Source: Candidatus Binatia bacterium
Lineage (GTDB): Bacteria; Desulfobacterota; Binatia; Bin18
Direction of reading: 5' to 3'
Assembly: GCA_963664395.2 (NCBI GenBank)
Contig: OY761159.2
Coordinates: 4,256,001 to 4,320,000 of the forward strand
DNA length: 64,000 bases
Part shown: one piece after another, positions 24,425 to 33,910 of the stretch
Layout: the number at the start of each line of letters is the position of its first letter
Numbering within the stretch: position 1 is the stretch's first letter
Notes under the pieces: model-generated
The model's input: only the letters and a program-made list of their open reading frames with translations
Databases searched by the model: none
What the model was told of the DNA's origin: nothing
Made by a program: the position numbers and the translations under genes

Positions 24425-25363
24425 CTAGGCTTTTCTTTTCTTTGTGAGATTCTTTTTCGACCTCTGGCCCTTGGCCAGATTGACCTCGGCCACTTCATTC
24501 GGACCCGCAGTCCACGTCCGGTGATGTTGCCAGACGAGGGGATCATGGCCGGGAATGAGACGTTCGAGTTCGCAACTCAACGTCTTGCGGATGCGCTCAT
24601 AGGTAAAGAGCTGGTTAAACGGATTGCCTTGATTATAGCCGGGCGGCCACATCTTCTCGATATTCGAATACCAATACACCGCATCGCCGGCAATGGCAAA
24701 AAGACCGTTGCGGGTTTGGACTTCAAACCATTGCGTCCCAAAGGTATGGGAATCCTTTGCCAAGTGCGCAGTAATGCCCGGCAAGACTTCGACATCACCT
24801 TCAATCAACGTGACTTTGTCCTGGCTCATCGCCATCGCCACATTATGAACGTCCTGCGGGTCCAGTGAGGAGAGAATCCAGCTTCTCTCACCCCCGCCAA
24901 AATCTTTTGGCAAGGACAGGACTCGGAGCCATCCCATATATTCGTCCAGTTGAATATACAGATGCGCGTTTGGAAAGGCCGAGAAATTGCCAATATGATC
25001 GAAATGCAAATGGGTGACGAGGATAGCGTCCACATCGGCCGGGGTGAGTCCGATCTTTGCCAGTACGGTCGGGGCGTCCTCCCACCCAAAGAAGTTATAG
25101 CGCAACAGCCAGTCTTGATTACCGAACCCAACATCAACAAGCACCACGTGCTTTTTCTCACCTTCAGCGCCCCCGACGAGGACGGTGTAGAGCATGGGAA
25201 TCTGGATCGTACCCCGGTTACTCATTAACCCTGAGCCACCAAAAAAGTCATACGGCATGTCCGCCTGGCAATAGGCTAAGGTCCAGATGGAATAATCACT
25301 GGGCGGCTTTTCTCCAACGAGGCGCGGAGATTGAAGACCCCGCCTTTTTTTGACTGCTGGCAT
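24425..25363 (-). CDS. Metallo-beta-lactamase-fold hydrolase, N-acyl homoserine lactonase family
   Basis: THLHFDHIGN, HTFG, AGDAVY, IPGHD. Confidence 0.82.
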   Translation of the reverse strand: MPAVKKRRGLQSPRLVGEKPPSDYSIWTLAYCQADMPYDFFGGSGLMSNRGTIQIPMLYTVLVGGAEGEKKHVVLVDVGFGNQDWLLRYNFFGWEDAPTVLAKIGLTPADVDAILVTHLHFDHIGNFSAFPNAHLYIQLDEYMGWLRVLSLPKDFGGGERSWILSSLDPQDVHNVAMAMSQDKVTLIEGDVEVLPGITAHLAKDSHTFGTQWFEVQTRNGLFAIAGDAVYWYSNIEKMWPPGYNQGNPFNQLFTYERIRKTLSCELERLIPGHDPLVWQHHRTWTAGPNEVAEVNLAKGQRSKKNLTKKRKA

Positions 25364-25664
25364 GGAGGCTTCCTTTCCGTGAAGCTGCTCAATACTCATC
25401 ATGAAGTGCCCCCGCGTACAACCTGCTGTCAAGACTTCTTGCGTCCTGCCGAGCGAGCGTTGGAGGGGCATATGTGCAGTGCCAACTTTTCTGGGGGCTC
25501 GTCTTGTCGCTTGCCGGATATTTCGATAGTGTAATCAAAACTTTACGGCTTCGCGCACGAAGACCGGTGGTGGGTGGAACGTTCCTGAGGTACAAAATGA
25601 GGGCAGGGCCGGTCCGTCGGCTCACCGTACGGATGCAAGGAAGTCAGACCAGAAAGGAGTCAGT

Positions 25665-26786
25665 ATGCGCATTGGTATTCAGATGGTGCTTCAAAATCAT
25701 AAGGAGCACGATGATCGGGTGATGTACAAAAATGAAACCCGCCTCGCGATCGAATCCGAGGAGATGGGTTTCGATATTGTCTGGCCGGTAGAGCACCACT
25801 TTTTTGACTACTCGATTTGCCCGGATAATATGCAGTATCTGAGCTATATCGCCGCCAGGACGGAAAAGCTGCAATTGGCCACCGGTGCTATCATCGTACC
25901 GTGGAACAATCCCATGCGGGCGGTTGAAAAGATGGTCCTGCTTGACCACCTGTCGGATGGCCGTGCGGTCCTTGGGCTCGGACGTGGCCTCGCCCGGCGT
26001 GAGTATGCGGGTTTTGGTGTGGACATGAGCGAAGCGCGCGACCGTTTTAACGAGGCCGCAGAAATTATTGTGAAGGGCTTGGAAGACGGTTTTGTTGAAG
26101 CCGACACCAAGTACTACAAACAGAATCGCATTGAGGTGCGGCCCCGTCCGATCAAGAGCTTCAAAAACCGACGCTACATGGTGTGCATGTCGCCCGAGTC
26201 TTTTGAAGTTGCGGCCAGGCTTGGCCTGGGTGCAATGATGTTCTCTCAGACGACGTGGGATAAAGTTGCTGACGGCGTCCACAACTACCGTGACCTGTAT
26301 CGTCAGCACAATAATGGCGAAGAGGCGCCTCCGGTGAACTGCGCCGACTTTGTCGTCTGCTCGCCCGATGCCAAGAAGGCGGAAGAGATCGCGCGAGAAA
26401 AAATCGTGGGCTACTACTTCAGTGTGATGGATCACTACGAGATGCTGGGCGACCACTTTGCGCAGACGGGCAAATCCTACGCCCACTATGCCGAAGCGGC
26501 CAAGATGATGAAGGAAGCCGGCAACGAGGCCATTCTGGAAGATTTTCTGGCTGCCAATCTGTGGGGCACGCCGGACATGATCATCGAGAAGCTGGAAGCG
26601 CGACGTGGCCAGATCGGTGACTTTGAGGTCAACGGCTGCTTCAGCTTCCAGAGTCAGCCCTTTGATCAGGTCGAAGGCTGCATGCGTCTGTTTGCCAAAG
26701 AAGTCGGCCCGATGATGCACGCCTGGACCCCGCAAGTCCAAGCGCCGGTCGATGTCGCCGCTGCCGAAGCGCGGGTTGGGAAGTAA
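25665..26786 (+). CDS. Luciferase-like (LLM) flavin-dependent oxidoreductase
   Basis: WPVEHHF, LDHLSDGRAVLGLGRG. Confidence 0.88.
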   Translation: MRIGIQMVLQNHKEHDDRVMYKNETRLAIESEEMGFDIVWPVEHHFFDYSICPDNMQYLSYIAARTEKLQLATGAIIVPWNNPMRAVEKMVLLDHLSDGRAVLGLGRGLARREYAGFGVDMSEARDRFNEAAEIIVKGLEDGFVEADTKYYKQNRIEVRPRPIKSFKNRRYMVCMSPESFEVAARLGLGAMMFSQTTWDKVADGVHNYRDLYRQHNNGEEAPPVNCADFVVCSPDAKKAEEIAREKIVGYYFSVMDHYEMLGDHFAQTGKSYAHYAEAAKMMKEAGNEAILEDFLAANLWGTPDMIIEKLEARRGQIGDFEVNGCFSFQSQPFDQVEGCMRLFAKEVGPMMHAWTPQVQAPVDVAAAEARVGK

Positions 26787-26820
26787 ATCCCGCCTGTTTA
26801 AGAAACCCTGTCGGACATGA

Positions 26821-26853
26821 GACGGACGGAGCGTTGCTTCGTCCGTTTTCTTT
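26821..26853 (+). terminator. Intrinsic terminator
   Basis: ACGGACGGAGC-GTT-GCTTCGTCCGT hairpin followed by TTTCTTT. Confidence 0.75.
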
Positions 26854-26860
26854 AAGAAGG

Positions 26861-27406
26861 CTACAACCCACCTGCGCTCAGCAACCGGCCTCTCGGTATT
26901 ATCAGGCACAGCAGCCCATGGACGCCGAGCCACAGCCGATCAAGAGTGCTACCCGGCAGCCACCGGACATCGCCGTAGTAGACGATGTCCCACCACAGAT
27001 GACTTGCCAAGCCTATTCCATACCCGGCCACCAGGATGTGCAGAAACCGTGGCTGCCGTCTGACCAGCAGGACCAGGACAAAGAAAGACACGCTGCTGTG
27101 GAAGAGGGGGTTACGATGGCCGCCAATACCCAGCAGCCTGATATCCAGGTCGGGGAAGACTGTGCCCAGGTAGCACGGAACGAGGGCCACGAAAAAAACG
27201 CCGACAGCCTGACCGGCATTGGCGCGGCTGCCGGCTCCCATGGCTATGTAGCCCATGAGCAACAGGATGCCGACCAGACTGTGTTCGGCCCGGTCAACGC
27301 TCTCTTGCCCGAAGAAGCCGAGGACACCCCAATTGAGTACGAGTGCCAAGCCGAAGGCCCCGGCAAGCGTGACAGGTACGGTGACGACCTGCTTCCCTTG
27401 GAACAT
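26861..27406 (-). CDS. Membrane metal-dependent hydrolase (YdjM-like)
   Basis: H...PDLD...HRNPLFHS...SHLWWD motifs in a hydrophobic protein. Confidence 0.65.
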   Translation of the reverse strand: MFQGKQVVTVPVTLAGAFGLALVLNWGVLGFFGQESVDRAEHSLVGILLLMGYIAMGAGSRANAGQAVGVFFVALVPCYLGTVFPDLDIRLLGIGGHRNPLFHSSVSFFVLVLLVRRQPRFLHILVAGYGIGLASHLWWDIVYYGDVRWLPGSTLDRLWLGVHGLLCLIIPRGRLLSAGGL

Positions 27407-27442
27407 CTCCACTCCGTCTACGGGGTGGCTGCCCAACCCTGA

Positions 27443-28071
27443 TTATCCATTTTTACGTCGTATCCGATACCGCGGAGGTTCGGCCAAAAGGAGACTATGG
27501 CCGGTGAGTTTGCACCAGGCTGGAATATCTGCTGGCGCGCCGGAGTCTTGAGCAATGAGGAGCAGGACTTGGCCCGGCTGCATGGACTTGAGACGCAGGC
27601 GGAGTTTCAAAACCAACTCGCCGCAGGCCATGTCTCCGGCGTCCCAGGTGTCGTTTGGGTCGTTTGGGTCGGCTGGGGTGCCTGCGGCTGGAACTGCCAT
27701 TTCCGTATGAAGCTGTGGAGTCGCCGCAGGCCAGATGCAGCCGGGCTGTTCAATGTTCTGGTTTTCTTGCCGGCTCGCCCACTGCCAACCGCTACGGTAG
27801 CAGGTCTGACGGCGGATGTAATTGTAAGCGTCTGTCAGGAATTCCGCTTGTGAGCGTCCTAATCCGTTGGCAAGACACGCGGCACAGTGCGGCGTTGTTT
27901 TGAATCCGGTTGCAACGCTGAGGACATATTCGTGGAAGCAGACAGACTGCGAGCAGCGGAAGCAGCGTGGGTTGTTGAGCTGTTCGAGTTCCGTGAGGAT
28001 TTCGGCGGTGCGCTGCTCTTCTGCGTCCAGGGCTTCGTCTATGGCAGGGAAGGGGGGGGGGTGGTTTTCAT
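27443..28071 (-). CDS. TusA/SirA-domain sulfur-carrier protein with N-terminal Cys-rich domain; start out of frame across a poly-C10 tract
   Basis: WDAGDMACGELVLKL...DSGAPADIPAWC TusA fold; CFRC..CFH..CAAC; nearest plausible ATG (28071) is frameshifted. Confidence 0.65.
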
Positions 28072-28265
28072 TCTGCTCAGCCGGCTTTCTTAAACTCTGC
28101 GTCTCAAAGATCAGAAAAACTCGTAAAGAATTTTCAACTCCTGCGCATACTGACCATTTTTGACAGTATGGTGCAAGTTGGTGGTAGCAGCAACGATCTT
28201 GACCCTTACAGCCTGAGGGCTTATCGTGCCCGCGAGACGGTACGCTCGTTAAAAATCGAAACTGC

Positions 28266-29483
28266 ATGGAAACACCTGAGAGCAAACCCGGTGGGCCGCT
28301 GGTCGGTATTCGGGTCATTGAATGTGGTGTTCTTTTGGCCGGGCCGTTCTGCGCCCGTCTTTTGGCCGATTTTGGTGCGGAAGTCATTAAGGTCGAAGCG
28401 CCGCACAAAGGTGATCCCATGCGGACGGTCGGCCAATCTTTGGTGGACGGCAAGAGTCTGTGGTGGTCAAGTATCGCGCGTAATAAGAAGTGTATTTCTC
28501 TCAACCTGCGTGACCCGGCAGGGCAGGACATTCTCCGTCGGCTGGTCTCTCAATCCGATGTCCTTGTGGAAAATTTTCGACCGGGGGTGTTTGAAGAATG
28601 GGGCCTCGGCTATGAGACGCTACGGGAGTTGAATCCGGGCCTCGTCTTTGCCCGTGTATCCGGCTATGGACAAACCGGCCCGTACCGAGAGAAACCCGGC
28701 TTTGCCGCGGTGGCCGAGGCCTTTGGAGGGCTGCGCCATCTGGTCGGCTTTCCGGATCGACCATCCTGTCGGGTTGGTATCAGCCTTGGTGACTCTCTTG
28801 CCGGTATGTTTGCTGCGCTCGGGGCGTTAATGGCGCTTTACAATCGCGATGTCAATGGCGGAACCGGCCAGGTGATAGACATGGCTCTGTATGAAGCCGT
28901 ATTTGCCGTGCTCGAGGCGACCCTTACAGAGTACGAAAAAACCGGCTATGTGCGGACGCGGACCGGAACCCTGCTGCCTGGGTTTGCCCCGTCGAATCTC
29001 TACCCGTGTAAAAATGAGCAGTGGATTGTGATTGCTGCCAACACCGATGGGTTGTTCACGCGGCTGTGTAAGCTCATGGGTCGAGAAGAGTTGCTGACCG
29101 ACCCCCGTTTTGAGAATCAGATGGTACGGGCCGAAAACCGCGAGGCCATAGATGCTATTGTCTCGGCCTGGACGGCGACGTATGAACTGTCAGAATTGCT
29201 TCCTCTGGTTGAGGGAGCAACGATTCCTGCCGGTCCGGTCTATAGTATAGAAGACATTGTGAAAGACCCTCATTTTGAAGCACGCGACATGTTGTTGTCT
29301 CTCCATGATCGAGCGCTGGGCGAACTCAAAGTGCCCGGAATCGTCCCCAAACTCAGTGAGACACCTGGCCAGGCACGCTGGCTGGGACCGGAAATCGGGG
29401 AACATAATCAAGAAATCTATTCCGGCTTGTTGCATTTTAGTCCAGACGAGATGGCTGCCTTAACAGAACGCGGCGTCATCTAA
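28266..29483 (+). CDS. CaiB/BaiF family III CoA-transferase
   Basis: LAGPFCARLLADFGAEVIKVE, VENFRPG, SGYGQTGP, catalytic LGDS. Confidence 0.93.
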   Translation: METPESKPGGPLVGIRVIECGVLLAGPFCARLLADFGAEVIKVEAPHKGDPMRTVGQSLVDGKSLWWSSIARNKKCISLNLRDPAGQDILRRLVSQSDVLVENFRPGVFEEWGLGYETLRELNPGLVFARVSGYGQTGPYREKPGFAAVAEAFGGLRHLVGFPDRPSCRVGISLGDSLAGMFAALGALMALYNRDVNGGTGQVIDMALYEAVFAVLEATLTEYEKTGYVRTRTGTLLPGFAPSNLYPCKNEQWIVIAANTDGLFTRLCKLMGREELLTDPRFENQMVRAENREAIDAIVSAWTATYELSELLPLVEGATIPAGPVYSIEDIVKDPHFEARDMLLSLHDRALGELKVPGIVPKLSETPGQARWLGPEIGEHNQEIYSGLLHFSPDEMAALTERGVI

Positions 29484-29513
29484 AAAGCCAAAGAAGCATA
29501 AGGGAGGAACATC

Positions 29514-30719
29514 ATGGCTGAACAACTCCTGTCAGGGATTACCGTCGTTGAGTGCGGCAATATGGTTTCTGCCGCCTATACCGGCAAGCTGCTCGCCGAC
29601 TTTGGCGCGGATGTGGTCAAAGTCGAAGCGCCGAGCGGTGACGTATCCCGACAACATGGCCCCTTTCCGGGAGATACGCCGCATGCCGAAAAGAGCGGTC
29701 TGTTTCTGTATTTGAATGCCAACAAACAAGGAGTGACGCTGAATCTGCGCGCATCCAAAGGGCAGGCTGTCTTGCAGAGTTTATGCGCCCAAGCCGATAT
29801 CCTGCTGCATAATTACAGCCCGCGCGATATGCCCGAGGTCGGCCTGGATTACCAGAAGCTGAGTCAAATCAATCCGGGTCTGATCATGACTTCGATCTCA
29901 TACTTTGGGCAGACCGGACCGCACCGGGACTATCACGGCTATGATCTGACGGCGAGTAATGCCGGGGGATGGGCGTGTATCAGTCCGGGCGCGTCCGATT
30001 ACCCTGACTTTCCGCCACTCACAGCTTTTGGCCATCAGAGCGACTTCCAAGGTGGGGTGCACGCCGGCGTGGCAACGCTGGGCGCGTATTACCATAAATG
30101 TCTGACGGGCGAAGGCCAGCATCTTGATGTCTCCATCCAGGAATGTATTGCCGCCATCCTGGAAATGAATTTCATGCACTACACCTATAGCGGCCTGGAA
30201 ACCTCGCGGTTGGGGCGGCGGTCCATCTACCCCTGGTGCATGCTCGACTGCAAAGACGGCAAACTCTTTGTGATTTGTGTCGAAGAAGACCAGTGGCAGC
30301 GCTTTGCCGAGCTGATGGGCAATCCTGACTGGGCGACCCTGGAGATTTTTGAGGATCGTGTCGTCCGCGGCCAGAATTATGATGCCCTGATACCGTTTCT
30401 CCAAGAGTTCGCCGCGGAGTGGACCGTTGCCGACCTGTATAAAGCCGGTCAGGAACGACGTATCTGCATGGCCCCAGTGAATACCATGGCCGACCTGTTG
30501 GCCTCAGAACACCTGAAATCCCGTGAATTCTTTACTGAAATCAGCCATCAGGTTGCCGGAACGCTACACTACCCGGGCGCACCTTTTAAGGTGGATGAAG
30601 TTGGTTACGCCGTGCGGTGTGCGGCACCACGACTCGGCGAGCATAGTAATGAAGTCTACGCCCGGATTGGGCTCTCCCAAGCCGAGATCGACGAGCTGAA
30701 GCACGGCGGGGTTATGTAG
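29514..30719 (+). CDS. Family III CoA-transferase (BbsE-like N-terminus)
   Basis: LADFGADVVKVE, GPFPGDTPHAEKSGLFLYLNANK, FGQTGP. Confidence 0.9.
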   Translation: MAEQLLSGITVVECGNMVSAAYTGKLLADFGADVVKVEAPSGDVSRQHGPFPGDTPHAEKSGLFLYLNANKQGVTLNLRASKGQAVLQSLCAQADILLHNYSPRDMPEVGLDYQKLSQINPGLIMTSISYFGQTGPHRDYHGYDLTASNAGGWACISPGASDYPDFPPLTAFGHQSDFQGGVHAGVATLGAYYHKCLTGEGQHLDVSIQECIAAILEMNFMHYTYSGLETSRLGRRSIYPWCMLDCKDGKLFVICVEEDQWQRFAELMGNPDWATLEIFEDRVVRGQNYDALIPFLQEFAAEWTVADLYKAGQERRICMAPVNTMADLLASEHLKSREFFTEISHQVAGTLHYPGAPFKVDEVGYAVRCAAPRLGEHSNEVYARIGLSQAEIDELKHGGVM

Positions 30720-30773
30720 TGTATCCGGCCGTCCTGAGCTTCCTGACTGTGGAACAAGACAAAGGAGAACGTC

Positions 30774-31991
30774 ATGGCACGACGACCATTAGAAGGCATT
30801 CGCGTAACCGATTTCACCTGGGCCTGGGCTGGTCCGTATTGTACGCTCCAAATGGCGCATATGGGCGCAGAGGTGATTCGGATTGAGAGTGAAAAACGCC
30901 CGTGTATCACTCGAATGATTCCGCCATTTGCGGACAACGAGCCAGGGCCGAACCGGGCTGGCTATTTTAACCAATACAGTCAAGGCAAGAAAAGTCTCCA
31001 ACTTGATCTGGCTCGGCCCGAGGCGTCCGAAATTGTTAAAAAGCTCATTTCCAAGAGTGATATTGTCGTGCAGAACTTCTCAACCGGCGCCATTGACCGC
31101 ATGGGCTTTGGATATGAAACGCTCAAAGAACTCAAACCCGACATTATTATGATTTCCATTTGTGGTTACGGACAAACCGGTCCCGAACGCAACTATATGG
31201 GCTATGGTCCGGCTTCCGTTCCGCTGGCGGGGATTTCATCTTTGACCGGCTATCCCGGAGTCGGGCCGGCGGAGATCGGTATTTCATACGGCGATCCGAA
31301 CGCGGGTATCTTTGGCTCGTTTGCCGCCATGGCCGCGCTGGCCTATCGCCACCGCACCGGCAAGGGTATTCACGTTGACCTGGCACTCTGGGAGGCCCTG
31401 CTCGTCCTGATGCCCGAAGGCATTATGGATTATGTGATGAATCGGACCCAGCCGGAACGCGCCGGTAATCGGGACCGCTGGATAGCGCCCCATGGCTGTT
31501 TTAAGTGTAAAGGCGATGCAGAGAAGTGGGTGACCATTGTGTGCGGCAGCGACGCGGAATGGCAGGCTTTATGTCAGGCCATGGGCCAACCGGAATTAGC
31601 CACGGACAAACGTTTTGCCGATGCGGCTGCTCGGAAAGCGAACGAGGATGCGCTCGAAGAAGTTATCACGGCCTGGACGAGCGAACGCGACCGCTGGGAG
31701 GTGACGGAGGTGCTGCAGAAAGTTGGTGTGGCTGCCTACCCGTCTCAGAGCAATAAAGACCTGGCAACTAATCCGCATCTCGAAGAACGTGGCTATCTCG
31801 TGCAAAAGGAACATCCCGAATTCGGCAAACGGATTCATGCCGGTATCCCGTGGCAGATGAGCGGCTCGCCGTGTGACGTACAGGCCGCGGCTCCGCAGCG
31901 TGGGCAACACACAGACTATGTGTTGCGGGACCTGCTCGGTTATTCCGGCGACGAGGTGCAAAGACTGCGGGACGGGCAGGTGCTGAGCTAG
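30774..31991 (+). CDS. Family III CoA-transferase (BbsF-like N-terminus)
   Basis: DFTWAWAGP, GYGQTGP, YGDP. Confidence 0.9.
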   Translation: MARRPLEGIRVTDFTWAWAGPYCTLQMAHMGAEVIRIESEKRPCITRMIPPFADNEPGPNRAGYFNQYSQGKKSLQLDLARPEASEIVKKLISKSDIVVQNFSTGAIDRMGFGYETLKELKPDIIMISICGYGQTGPERNYMGYGPASVPLAGISSLTGYPGVGPAEIGISYGDPNAGIFGSFAAMAALAYRHRTGKGIHVDLALWEALLVLMPEGIMDYVMNRTQPERAGNRDRWIAPHGCFKCKGDAEKWVTIVCGSDAEWQALCQAMGQPELATDKRFADAAARKANEDALEEVITAWTSERDRWEVTEVLQKVGVAAYPSQSNKDLATNPHLEERGYLVQKEHPEFGKRIHAGIPWQMSGSPCDVQAAAPQRGQHTDYVLRDLLGYSGDEVQRLRDGQVLS

Positions 31992-32014
31992 CTCCGTGGC
32001 GACGGAGGGCCTAA

Positions 32015-32440
32015 ATGGAGCTTGACGCAAACACAGAATATGGAGGGTTTTGGATTCGGGTCGGAGCGAACGTGATGGATGGGGTGGTCCTCATAATAGT
32101 ATCACTTCTGATTAACATACTGTCACAGCTTGCTTTCTCAGAGGAAGCAGCTGGAGTTGCTGACGCTGTTCCCCAGATATTGCTTTACTGGGTGTATTCA
32201 GCCGTCCTTCATTCCTCCTCTTGGCAAGCCACAATAGGAAAAAAGATGCTTGGGATGAAGGTAGTAGATTACTCTGGGGAGAGAATCTCTTTTGGTCGAG
32301 CAACTGGTCGTTATTTTGCAGGTATTCTATCCGGGTTGATTTTGGGAATAGGACTTATGATGGTCGGGTGGACGAAAAGAAAACAAGGTCTACACGACTT
32401 TATAGCAAAAACTCTAGTAGTCGAGGTCAAGAATGTTTGA
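32015..32440 (+). CDS. RDD-family membrane protein
   Basis: YGGFWIRVGA..D, QATIGK, KQGLHDFIAKT; AT-richer than flanks. Confidence 0.85.
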   Translation: MELDANTEYGGFWIRVGANVMDGVVLIIVSLLINILSQLAFSEEAAGVADAVPQILLYWVYSAVLHSSSWQATIGKKMLGMKVVDYSGERISFGRATGRYFAGILSGLILGIGLMMVGWTKRKQGLHDFIAKTLVVEVKNV

Positions 32441-32541
32441 CCAAATGCACTCTCGCCGTCTTGCATCTCCTCGCTCAACGAGGCCCGGCCTGCCCAGATT
32501 ACCTCAAGGCCTTTATATGGAAACAGAGGCGTAACCCCACC

Positions 32542-32570
32542 TTGCATCCGTAGAGGCTTGTGGCTAGGAT
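32542..32570 (+). promoter_or_regulatory. sigma70-type promoter upstream of CoA-transferase/DUF1302/DUF1329 genes
   Basis: TTGCAT-17 nt-TAGGAT. Confidence 0.5.
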
Positions 32571-32652
32571 CGCGGCAGTTCGTGTAACTGAACCTTCATT
32601 CAGCCATTCGGCCAAACTACACACTATAAGTATTGAGAGAAGGGGACTCAGT

Positions 32653-33897
32653 ATGGCAGGCGCATCACGTCAGGGTATGTTAGCTGGCTATAAGGTGCTG
32701 GACTTTACACAAATTGTTGCCGGACCGACGACGACGCGCCTGCTGGCCGAAATGGGGGCTGAGGTCATCAAAGTCGAACAGGCCCCGAAAGGAGACCCGG
32801 CCCGTCTCAATGGTATTCTGAAAAAAGGCCGCAGCGGCTATTTCGTTCAGCATAATGTATGCAAACAAAGCCTGTGCGTAAATTTGAAGACAGAGGAAGG
32901 GCGTGACATCATACGCGGGCTCATTCCGCATATGGATGTGGTAGTCGAGAACTATAGTCCGGGCGCGATCAAGCGGCTCGGTTTCGCCTATGAAGAACTC
33001 CAAAAGCTGAACCCCCGCATCATTATGTGTTCAATCTCAGCTCTTGGTCAGACCGGCCCGCTGTCCCATGTTCCCGGCTATGATTACATTGCGCAGGCGT
33101 ATTCAGGCTTCAGTGAAGTCACTGGCGAACGCGGCCGGGCACCGGCCATGCCCCAGGCTGCGATTGGCGATGTCAGCACGGGCGTGCATGCCTTCGGGGC
33201 GATTGCCTGCGCGCTATTGCACCGCGAGCGGACAGGAGAAGGCCAGTATATCGACGTGTCGCTGCTGGATGCCTATATCCATTCACACGATTTTACGATT
33301 CAGGCGCATAGCGCCTCGGGCGGCAAGTTCGTCCCGACACGGAGTGGCGCCCATCATATGGGGCTGGCCCCGTGTGGTATCTTTAAGGCAAAGGATGGGT
33401 TTGTGGTCATCGTTGGCGCTCTGGATCATCAATGGCAAGGCGTGGCGCGGACAATGGGACATCCGGAATTTGTGGAAGATCCGCGCTTCCGCACTAACCG
33501 GGATCGCGTCCATCATAAAAAAGAACTCATTGAGGCCATTGAAGCCTGGCTCGACACCATGCCGAACCGGGAAGAAGCGGTTGCCGCCCTGCACCGCGAA
33601 CGGGTGCCGGCTGCGCCTGTCCTGACCATTCCGGAAGTGGTCAATCATCCCCATTTACTTGAGCGGGAAGCCATCCGGCCGATACAGGATAAGGTGTTGG
33701 GCGATTTTGTCCTGCCCGGATTTCCGTTCCGCTTTTCGAGTCCGGCCAGAACGGATGCCCCGTTTGAAGCGCCGGATCTGGGCGAACACAATGCGTCCAT
33801 CCTGCGCGATTATCTGGACTATAGCCCTGACCAACTGGAGCGGTTAGCCCAGGACGGCATCCTTGTCAGCCGCCCAACGCCGGTAGAATACGAGTAA
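32653..33897 (+). CDS. CaiB/BaiF family III CoA-transferase
   Basis: DFTQIVAGP, VENYSPG, IGDV. Confidence 0.92.
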   Translation: MAGASRQGMLAGYKVLDFTQIVAGPTTTRLLAEMGAEVIKVEQAPKGDPARLNGILKKGRSGYFVQHNVCKQSLCVNLKTEEGRDIIRGLIPHMDVVVENYSPGAIKRLGFAYEELQKLNPRIIMCSISALGQTGPLSHVPGYDYIAQAYSGFSEVTGERGRAPAMPQAAIGDVSTGVHAFGAIACALLHRERTGEGQYIDVSLLDAYIHSHDFTIQAHSASGGKFVPTRSGAHHMGLAPCGIFKAKDGFVVIVGALDHQWQGVARTMGHPEFVEDPRFRTNRDRVHHKKELIEAIEAWLDTMPNREEAVAALHRERVPAAPVLTIPEVVNHPHLLEREAIRPIQDKVLGDFVLPGFPFRFSSPARTDAPFEAPDLGEHNASILRDYLDYSPDQLERLAQDGILVSRPTPVEYE

Positions 33898-33910
33898 GGA
33901 AAGATATTTC

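Noticed and set aside
25644-26933. 429-aa minus-strand ORF
   Set aside because: Antisense shadow of the LLM gene; no recognisable motifs.
28072-28531. N-terminal extension of the 362-aa TusA ORF
   Set aside because: Overlaps the divergent CoA-transferase and leaves no promoter space; the sequence looks non-coding.
31992-32540. RDD gene as an integron cassette
   Set aside because: No RYYYAAC...GTTRRRY attC structure seen and no integrase in the window.
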